From: a virus
Lineage: Duplodnaviria > Caudoviricetes
IMG/VR virus record: IMGVR_UViG_3300048856_000094
Coordinates: 1 to 41,359 of that record
DNA length: 41,359 nucleotides
Strand: one strand, 5' to 3'
The position numbers and the translations under genes are program-made. The notes under the pieces are model-generated. The model was not told the origin of the DNA. It did no database searches and was given only the letters and a program-made list of their open reading frames with translations. This document shows, piece by piece, positions 35,482 to 41,359 of this stretch. Positions within the stretch are counted from its first letter, which is position 1, and each line of letters opens with the position of its first letter.

Positions 35482-35560
35482 ATGATGCAGGATTTCTGCA
35501 TCCCGTCAATCCAATACTCTGCAACGCATTGAAGCTCAGGGCGGTGCAGAATTTCTGCCA
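35482..35560. promoter_or_regulatory. oR operators and pR
   Basis: ATGCAGGATTTCTGCAT 35485-35501, degenerate site 35508-35524, GTGCAGAATTTCTGCCA 35544-35560; minus-strand TTGACG (35509-35504)-16-CATCAT with cro ATG 7 nt later. Confidence 0.85.
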
Positions 35561-35835
35561 TGAACAGTAGTGACCACAAGCGCCAGGTCGGACGTAACCT
35601 TTCCCTGCTGTGCCAAGCGATCGGCAGTACGGATGCTGAGATCGCCAGGTCGGTCGGCGTTAGCAACAGCAAGCTGGGAAACTGGAAGCGGGGCGATAAC
35701 TACATTGACCCGTACGTCGCGACGCAACTGTGTGATCGTTATGGCGTCACTATGGATTGGATCTTCCGTGGAAGATTGTATGGCCTTCCGAAAGAGCTGG
35801 CAGACAAGCTCTCAAGCTTGATGGCATTATCCTGA
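35560..35835 (+). CDS. cI: CI-like XRE repressor, HTH only (no S24 peptidase domain)
   Basis: VG..L..L....G.T..EIA..VGVS.S.L.NW.RG...  YGVT.DWI.RG; flanked by matching operators. Confidence 0.88.
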   Translation: MNSSDHKRQVGRNLSLLCQAIGSTDAEIARSVGVSNSKLGNWKRGDNYIDPYVATQLCDRYGVTMDWIFRGRLYGLPKELADKLSSLMALS

Positions 35836-35881
35836 TCTTGGATCCTGCCTTCTGAGCCGTCTCGGCTGGCCGCGCGTGCAT
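35750..35881 (-). CDS. 43-aa ORF antisense to the cI 3' end, behind a LexA-box promoter
   Basis: AAGGAG 10 nt before ATG 35881; MHARPAETAQKAGSKIRIMPSSLRACLPALSEGHTIFHGRSNP. Confidence 0.4.
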   Translation of the reverse strand: MHARPAETAQKAGSKIRIMPSSLRACLPALSEGHTIFHGRSNP

Positions 35882-35917
35882 GGTCGCGAATCTCCTTTTG
35901 AAGCCCTTTGCCAGGGA

Positions 35918-35947
35918 AGCATATAAGAACAATAGGTGAACAGTCTA
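35918..35947 (-). promoter_or_regulatory. SOS (LexA) box within a minus-strand promoter convergent on cI
   Basis: TAGACT-[GTTC ACCTATT GTTC]-TTA-TATGCT; GTTC-N7-GTTC is the alphaproteobacterial LexA consensus. Confidence 0.75.
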
Positions 35948-35970
35948 AAACTGCTAGGACTCCTTGCGCA

Positions 35971-36022
35971 ATGCAGAATTTCTGCATTTTCCCTTTGACG
36001 AGATGCAGAAATACTGCACTAT
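35971..36022 (+). promoter_or_regulatory. oL operators and pL
   Basis: ATGCAGAATTTCTGCAT 35971-35987 and ATGCAGAAATACTGCAC 36003-36019; TTGACG(35995)-16-CACTAT. Confidence 0.85.
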
Positions 36023-36053
36023 GCCGCCACACCCCGTGTGAGGAGGCCTCTCA

Positions 36054-36461
36054 GTGGCAGTCTCGATCAGCGTTTCTCCGGTCGCCCCCTGCGCGACCGT
36101 CACCCGCCCCACTCTGCTGTCCTTTCTAGCCGTCGCCGCTGCCGGCATGACGCAGCGCTGGCGCCAGCAGACCCGCTCCACCATCCGGCTCGTGCGTTCG
36201 GCACGCGCCAAGGCGCAGGCGGAGGGCGCCCGCCGTGAGGCTGCCCTGCGCCGCCAGCAGCGCGACAAGCTGCCGCCCGCCAGCCTCGCCCGCAGCGCCG
36301 CATACCTGCAGGCCCTGGCGCTGGAAAATCAGGCGCTCGCCTTCGACGCCATGGCCGATGGCCATCCCGACCTGGCGGCCGAGCATCAGGCGGAAGCCGA
36401 CTGGTTCGCGGCAGAGGCGCGCAAGCGCGCCGCCTTCACCGCCATCTTTCCGGAGGTCTGA
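36054..36461 (+). CDS. Hypothetical protein, first gene of the pL operon
   Basis: GAGGAGG RBS before GTG; helical. Confidence 0.7.
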   Translation: MAVSISVSPVAPCATVTRPTLLSFLAVAAAGMTQRWRQQTRSTIRLVRSARAKAQAEGARREAALRRQQRDKLPPASLARSAAYLQALALENQALAFDAMADGHPDLAAEHQAEADWFAAEARKRAAFTAIFPEV

Positions 36462-36464
36462 GGC

Positions 36465-36830
36465 ATGAGTGCCCATGGTCTCCCCCGCCGCGTGATGCCG
36501 CCGGATGGCGTAAGCCCCCTGCTCTCCGGCCACCACACAGTCGAACGCGACCACTATCGTGCCGCCTTGCGCTGGACCTTGAGTGAGGACCGCTGCGCTT
36601 CGGGCGAGGTCCTGCTGCGGGCTGCCCTGGGTGAGTTGGGGCCCGGCATGCATCGCGAGCCGCCGACCATGGAGGATCTCAGCCGGCTGGTGCGCCTGCT
36701 GCGCGCGATGCCCTGGGCGCGGGAAGGCTTCATGGCGCTCGGCCGTGACAGCGAGGCCTGGAAAGTTGCGGGGAGCGTCCTCTGTGAGGCCGCCTGCCTG
36801 CCGGATCCCTGGCAGCGGGGGCGCTCATGA
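36465..36830 (+). CDS. Hypothetical phage protein
   Basis: GGAGG RBS; P...DL.R.VRLL.AMPW...W motif. Confidence 0.7.
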   Translation: MSAHGLPRRVMPPDGVSPLLSGHHTVERDHYRAALRWTLSEDRCASGEVLLRAALGELGPGMHREPPTMEDLSRLVRLLRAMPWAREGFMALGRDSEAWKVAGSVLCEAACLPDPWQRGRS

Positions 36831-36913
36831 GCCTCGATCTCTTCGGGGAGGTCGCGCCCCCGCGCCCGGCGCGCCGTGCCCCGGCCCAGGCGCGGGGAGA
36901 GAAGCATGCCTGA
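36827..36913 (+). CDS. 28-aa peptide MSLDLFGEVAPPRPARRAPAQARGEKHA
   Basis: ATGA overlap upstream; stop overlaps the next start. Confidence 0.4.
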   Translation: MSLDLFGEVAPPRPARRAPAQARGEKHA

Positions 36914-37556
36914 TGGGATCCTGCGCACCACCCTCCGCATCACCACAGTCCGCGAGCTGGCGCTGCGCCTGCTGGCGGGCCAGCAGCTGACGCATTGCCA
37001 TGGGGCGGGCTGGTCTGTCGGCCCGGATCTGGTGCCGGTGGATGCGGCCGTGCTGCGGCAGTTGCAGACCGGCTTCCGCCTGGTGCCGGGCGGCGACGCC
37101 CTGCCAGGCTTCGCGGCCTCGATGTCGCAGACGCTGGTGCTGGAGCCGCTGCTCAGCGACCACGATGTGCTGGGCCTGCTACGCCCGGCCGTGCGCGATG
37201 CGGGCGGCCCCACCGCCTATGCCCGCAAGCACGGCTTGGCCAAGTCGACCGTGGCGATGGTGGAGGGCGCTGGCCGCGACATGACAGCGACTGTCGCGGC
37301 AACAGTCGGCATGGTGCCCTACACCGCCTGGAAGCCTGCAGGGCCAGAAGCCAAGCCTGCCCCACGGCCGCGCCCAGCCCGCTCCTTCGAGGACTGGATG
37401 CTGCGCTTGAAGCGGCTGCTGCGCCAAGCGCCGTCTGATCGCGTTCGCGAAACTGCGGCCATGCAGCCCCAGCGGTGGGAAGAGTGCTGGGCAGAGGGGC
37501 TGACGCCGCAGCAGGCCTACGACCGGCACTGCAAGCCCTGGGAGGATCCTGCGTGA
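36906..37556 (+). CDS. Hypothetical protein with possible central HTH
   Basis: GGAGAG RBS; GG.TAYARKHGLAKSTV. Confidence 0.6.
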   Translation: MPDGILRTTLRITTVRELALRLLAGQQLTHCHGAGWSVGPDLVPVDAAVLRQLQTGFRLVPGGDALPGFAASMSQTLVLEPLLSDHDVLGLLRPAVRDAGGPTAYARKHGLAKSTVAMVEGAGRDMTATVAATVGMVPYTAWKPAGPEAKPAPRPRPARSFEDWMLRLKRLLRQAPSDRVRETAAMQPQRWEECWAEGLTPQQAYDRHCKPWEDPA

Positions 37557-37599
37557 TTGCCATGCGCGGCAAGCTGTTGCGTTGCGAAGGGGGCGCGCA

Positions 37600-37776
37600 A
37601 TGACTGGGGCCCCTGCCCCTACCCCTGCCGAGTTGCTCGCGGCCGCAGCCGAGCTGGAGGAGCGCGCCGACTATGGCGTCTTCCGGGACCGCCTGCAGAG
37701 CGCCAGCGGCAAATGGAATGGCTTCCGCGCGGTGGCGCAGTGGCTGCGGCAACAGGCCGGCGCGGCTGAGCGCTGA
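37600..37776 (+). CDS. Small hypothetical protein
   Basis: Helical 58-aa ORF co-oriented in the pL operon. Confidence 0.55.
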   Translation: MTGAPAPTPAELLAAAAELEERADYGVFRDRLQSASGKWNGFRAVAQWLRQQAGAAER

Positions 37777-37806
37777 CCGTCATCCAACCCTCTGAGAGAG
37801 AGCCGA

Positions 37807-38106
37807 ATGGGCAAGACCTTCTACGCGCAGGACCGACTGCCGGAGCCCACCATGACGGTGGGCGCCCTCATTGAGCAGCTGCACGCCTTCGATCCTGCTG
37901 CACCCGTGGTGTTCCGGTCTCCCCAGCATGGCCAGTTCGGCCCAGGGACCGAATACACGATCGAGAGGACGCGCAAGGTGACGCTAATCGCCTATGAGGA
38001 GCACGTCCCTGCTTGCACCTACGAGGATGACGAGACCGGTGAGACGATCACCAATGCCGCTCACATCGTGATGCGCCCGGCATGGTCCGGCGTCGTCATC
38101 ACTTAA
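37807..38106 (+). CDS. Hypothetical phage protein
   Basis: MTVG.LIE.L..FDP.APV motif common in small phage proteins. Confidence 0.7.
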   Translation: MGKTFYAQDRLPEPTMTVGALIEQLHAFDPAAPVVFRSPQHGQFGPGTEYTIERTRKVTLIAYEEHVPACTYEDDETGETITNAAHIVMRPAWSGVVIT

Positions 38107-38144
38107 ACCCCCATTAAGGGTGCGACGTCCGCCGTAAGCTAAGC

Positions 38145-38408
38145 TTAGGAGGCAGAACCATGACAGAGAGAGCCAGGAATCTCCTCGAACGTCAGCGACA
38201 AGGTGGCTCTGAGTACGGGCTGATCGCCCTCTCTCCTGACCGTAGCTGCAACGCGGCTCAGATCACCTTTGTGAAGCTTGCTCCTGGCAAGCTCAACAAG
38301 AAGGCTGGCTGCTTCGCTTTGTACCGCATCCGGCGCGGGCAAGTCAGAGCCGATATCGTCCTTGACCAATTCCCGGTCGATTTCCACGTCGAAGTAATAA
38401 CGTTCCAT
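38145..38408 (-). CDS. DUF6894-like small alphaproteobacterial protein
   Basis: M.RYYFD.......D..G.DL......EA...L..LA......V.VR.E...V; GAGG RBS. Confidence 0.75.
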   Translation of the reverse strand: MERYYFDVEIDRELVKDDIGSDLPAPDAVQSEAASLLVELARSKLHKGDLSRVAATVRREGDQPVLRATLSLTFEEIPGSLCHGSAS

Positions 38409-38619
38409 CGGGCATCCTCTCCGTTACCCTTGATGAGAAGGCTCCAGCAGATACGCTTGGGACCGTTCTGCGTCGGTATTATACCGGACACGCGTCACTA
38501 CACAGAAATGGGAGCGACGTGGCCGCAGGGGCACGCACCGGCAGGTTGGGGTGCCCCTCAGAGCTTTTGCGCCAAAACCTCTGACACCTTGCAACAACTC
38601 CATCGTGGCAGATGAGGCC

Positions 38620-39210
38620 ATGAAGATCGGATACATGCGGGAGAGCACGGCAGGCCCATCGCTGGCAGAGCAGCAGGCCCTGCTGCGCCTGGCCGGCATC
38701 GAGGGCTTTAGCCGGCATGCCCCGGTCTACACCGACCGCCGCCGCAAGGGTCCTACCGCCACGACGCCAGAGCGCGACAACATGGTGCGCATCCTGCGGC
38801 CGGGCGATGTGGTGATCACCGCCAAGGCCACCCGCCTCGGCACCAGCCGGGCAGATGTGCTGCAGGCCATGGCCGCCATCACGGCGCGTGGCGCGGCGAT
38901 CCATGACGCCGAGGCCGGGCAGGATGTGCAGCTCCACCCCGACGCGGTGCGCGCCATGGCCTTTGCCGATCGGGCGGAGAGCGGCGCCAAGCGGGAGCAG
39001 ACCGCCAGGATGCGGGCCCGGAAGGTGGCGCTGGGCGTGGCCGGCGGCCGGCTGGAGCGGCTGCAGGGCAACACAAAGGCGGCCGCCGCGGCTGCCTGGG
39101 CAGATCTCACCAAGACCGTCCAGCAGGTGGCGGTCGAGTTCAACGTTGGGGCGCGGCCCTCTATCGAGCCGAAGGGCACGCCCCGCTTTGGCAAGAAGGC
39201 TCAACCATGA
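38620..39210 (+). CDS. Divergent resolvase (serine recombinase) with damaged C-terminal HTH
   Basis: KIGYMREST, LRPGDVV, TRLG in place of DRL.R, RG..I, GGR; the LYR helix is out of frame. Confidence 0.75.
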   Translation: MKIGYMRESTAGPSLAEQQALLRLAGIEGFSRHAPVYTDRRRKGPTATTPERDNMVRILRPGDVVITAKATRLGTSRADVLQAMAAITARGAAIHDAEAGQDVQLHPDAVRAMAFADRAESGAKREQTARMRARKVALGVAGGRLERLQGNTKAAAAAAWADLTKTVQQVAVEFNVGARPSIEPKGTPRFGKKAQP

Positions 39211-39344
39211 GCGAACAACAGAAGGCCGCCGCCTCCAAGCGTCGCGTCTCGCGGCGCTTCGTTCATGGCTTCTTCACAGGAGCCTTGCTGGGAAACGCCC
39301 TGGCTCTGCTGGTGCACATAGCATGGTGGTTGCTTCATGACTGA
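39207..39344 (+). CDS. 45-aa basic single-TM peptide (not in ORF track)
   Basis: MSEQQKAAASKRRVSRRFVHGFFTGALLGNALALLVHIAWWLLHD; ATGA overlap with the resolvase. Confidence 0.55.
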   Translation: MSEQQKAAASKRRVSRRFVHGFFTGALLGNALALLVHIAWWLLHD

Positions 39345-39361
39345 CCCGCAAATGACCAGTC

Positions 39362-39448
39362 AGCCGAGATATCGGCACAGCGGTAACTCGGATATCCGAC
39401 ATATCGGCGAGCCGACATGTCGGACTATCGGGATACCGATTAGCCGAC
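39362..39448. repeat. parS-like array 1 (8-bp period)
   Basis: CG core of YCGR recurs every 8 bp from 39365 to 39445 (11 units). Confidence 0.8.
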
Positions 39449-39748
39449 CTTTCGGGGCACCTTCCGCAGATCCACGAAGTCGGCTGGCACCACAGGGTAT
39501 CCAGCGTCACGCAGGATCTCCAGCAGCAGGGTTGTGGCAGAGATGTTCCGCCTAGCCGCCCTAGTCTTAATCTCCAGGGCAACTGCCTCAGGCAGTGCGA
39601 ACTCCATGCCCTGCCGCTTAGGCTTCGTGGCCTTAGCCGGAGACGCGGTCGGCGCAACAGGCAGGACGCGATCAGCGAGAGGCTGGAGGCGCTGCCGCAG
39701 TTCGTCGTCATTCAGGTCTGGCAGGGGCGTCGGAGGGCGCTTAGCCAT
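39440..39748 (-). CDS. Ribbon-helix-helix partition partner (type Ib centromere-binding)
   Basis: MEFALPEAVALEIKTRAARRNISATTLLLEILRDAGY..; overlaps the parA stop. Confidence 0.78.
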   Translation of the reverse strand: MAKRPPTPLPDLNDDELRQRLQPLADRVLPVAPTASPAKATKPKRQGMEFALPEAVALEIKTRAARRNISATTLLLEILRDAGYPVVPADFVDLRKVPRKVG

Positions 39749-40439
39749 TGTTCGTCCACCCGAGCAGCGCCGCCACTTCATCACCTATTGCTGTCACGTT
39801 GCCGGCCGCGCCGCCCTCCGGATCATCTTCCCAGGGAGGGGTTCCGGTGTAGGTCATCAGCCGGAAGGCGGTCCGCTCCATCAGCTCGGTGGACAGCATG
39901 GGCAGTCCCCGCTCAGCAAACTGCTTCCTGCTATGCTCCACCACCCTCTGCCGAAGCACCGGGGTACGCGAGAGAACGACGCGGGAGGTAATCTCTCGCC
40001 GGGTTAGGTCAGCAGCCTGCTCCACCACGGCATGGGTCTTCATCGCTTCAACCACATCGAAGAGCGACGGCTGAGCAGGAATGAGAACTAGGTTCGCCTT
40101 GCCGCAGGCGTAGAGCATGGCCTGGTTGGCGGTGCCCTCCAGATCGATCACGATCAGCCCAGCCCTCTTGCTCGCCTCGGCGACGGCCGTCAGCAGAGTC
40201 TCGCCATTGGCCACCTCAGCCCGGACGCCCTTCGCCTTGCCCCGGCGAATCGCCTGATACAGGGTTTGGTTCGGATCAGCATCAATACACTCGACCATCC
40301 GGTTATCCGGCATGTCGGGACTCCGGTCAGCCGACATATCGGATAACCGGCGCGCCAGTTCCGTCGCGAGGCAAAAAGCGAGCGTGGTCTTGCCGACGCC
40401 GCCCTTTGTGCTGGCCAAAGCCAGAATTTGAGGTGCCAT
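39741..40439 (-). CDS. parA: ParA partition ATPase (short, type Ib)
   Basis: KGGVGKTT deviant Walker A, IDADPN, IVIDLEG, LVLIP.QPS..D; start 40439 or 40457. Confidence 0.93.
   Translation of the reverse strand: MAPQILALASTKGGVGKTTLAFCLATELARRLSDMSADRSPDMPDNRMVECIDADPNQTLYQAIRRGKAKGVRAEVANGETLLTAVAEASKRAGLIVIDLEGTANQAMLYACGKANLVLIPAQPSLFDVVEAMKTHAVVEQAADLTRREITSRVVLSRTPVLRQRVVEHSRKQFAERGLPMLSTELMERTAFRLMTYTGTPPWEDDPEGGAAGNVTAIGDEVAALLGWTNNG
40290..40350. repeat. parS-like array 2, inside the parA coding sequence
   Basis: CG every 8 bp from 40292 to 40348 (8 units). Confidence 0.75.
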
Positions 40440-40441
40440 GG

Positions 40442-40519
40442 GCCGAAACTCCGACATTCCGGCTTGCCGGTCAACCGATATGTCGGTTAACCGGAATGCC
40501 GACTATCCGGACAGTCGGA
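40442..40519. repeat. parS-like array 3 over the parA promoter/start
   Basis: CG every 8 bp from 40444 to 40516 (10 units). Confidence 0.8.
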
Positions 40520-40807
40520 AGTATTGAACTTCAATGGCTTACGTGCGCCGGCTGTTGCAGGAGATGTTGATCTTCCCTGCTGCTAAAGCCATGCTGAAAC
40601 ACGGCCTCGAATCCCCGAGGCCAGAAATGAGAAAGGGGCCGCCCCAGCAGAACCGCCAGAACAACCCCTTCCCGTAATCACTGCCTATCCCGCCTGCCAG
40701 GGCGGAACGAGCAAACAGTTCAATTTGCCTGCTCAAGATAGGCACTCGCGCTTTAAGCCGCAAGATTCGCGGAACGGGAAACTGCGTCCTGTTGGCGGCC
40801 CAGGAGC

Positions 40808-41359
40808 ATGGGCATGCCTGCCTCATCACGCCCGGCCCGCGCCGGGTCTGTGCGCGTTGCCGCCTGGCAGCGCCAGCACCTCGGCGACGCTGACCGGCGC
40901 CGCATCATGGAAGCCGCGCGCCGTCTGGAGCGGCGCAGCCACCAGGCAAGGATGCACGGCGGCGCCCTGCGCCGCACCGGCATCCTGGTGCTGTGGACGC
41001 TGCTCTATCGTGGCCCATCGCGGCACGGCGTCTGTGACCCCAGCATCGGCCAGTTGGCTGAGTGGTCCGGCTGCGCCCGCTCCACCGTGCAGCTCGCCCT
41101 TGCCCGCATCGAGGCCGCCGGCATCATGGGCCATGTCCGGCGCGGGCTGACGGTGGCAGGCCGCTGGTGCCAGTGGACCTCGGCCTACCTCTTCGCCAGC
41201 CCAACGCAGTGGGCGCTAAGCGATACCGAAACCCGGTCAGCCGAAGTCTCTATGGATAGAAAGAAGGCTATGGAGAAGGAGAGGGGAGGGGTGGACCGCA
41301 CCCTACCGGCGCCTGAGCGCCAGGTACTGGCGGCAAAATGGGGGCTGACGATGGCTTAG
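40808..41359 (+). CDS. Plasmid-type replication protein (winged HTH, HTH_36-like)
   Basis: GG.L..TG..VL..LL.......G.CDPS...LA...GC.RSTV..AL.R.E.AG......R......Q.TSAY.F; divergent from parA. Confidence 0.65.
   Translation: MGMPASSRPARAGSVRVAAWQRQHLGDADRRRIMEAARRLERRSHQARMHGGALRRTGILVLWTLLYRGPSRHGVCDPSIGQLAEWSGCARSTVQLALARIEAAGIMGHVRRGLTVAGRWCQWTSAYLFASPTQWALSDTETRSAEVSMDRKKAMEKERGGVDRTLPAPERQVLAAKWGLTMA

Larger units (their letters stand above)
1..41359. mobile_element. Temperate myovirus-type phage (lambda-like head, Mu-like tail) with plasmid partition/replication backbone; probable phage-plasmid
   Basis: Full head, tail, lysis, immunity and replication gene sets plus parA/RHH/parS, resolvase and HTH Rep. 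No tyrosine integrase. Gene order becomes canonical lambdoid if the window ends are joined and opened at the cos-like site near 27130. Confidence 0.85.

Noticed and set aside
38466-38480. GTTC-N7-GTAT upstream of the DUF6894-like gene as a LexA box
   Set aside because: The second half-site has two mismatches; too weak to call.
1-41359. tRNA, rRNA or IS elements
   Set aside because: No cloverleaf, rRNA-like segment or transposase recognised by eye; a tRNAscan/Infernal run would be needed to exclude small RNAs.

Overview
The window is GC-rich and looks alphaproteobacterial (Acetobacteraceae/Roseomonas-like by gene content; this is inference). It appears to be an essentially complete ~41 kb temperate phage that probably lives as a plasmid. 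The minus strand carries a lambda-type head and packaging module: a cosQ/cosN-like site, terS, GpA terL, gpW, portal, S49 protease, scaffold, decoration protein and major capsid E. This is joined to a Mu-type contractile tail (sheath, tube, chaperone with a -1 frameshift, tape measure with a lysozyme domain, gp43-48 baseplate, fibres), a 1197-aa propeller/SGNH-esterase tailspike, two holins and a GH24 endolysin. A lambdoid early region has a Q-position gene, an O-like initiator with internal iterons, CII-like, cro and cI with five operators. No integrase is visible. Where int normally sits there is a plasmid backbone: resolvase, parA plus an RHH partner with three 8-bp-periodic centromere arrays, and an HTH Rep. 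The most unusual signals are: (1) a short cI with no cleavage domain, followed by a convergent promoter containing a perfect alphaproteobacterial LexA box that fires antisense through cI toward cro; (2) an unannotated operator/24-aa peptide/structured RNA/58-aa/HTH module at 568-1242; (3) about 12 TGCGGACA motifs packed into terS next to cos. All family calls are from motif recognition by eye; no database searches were run.
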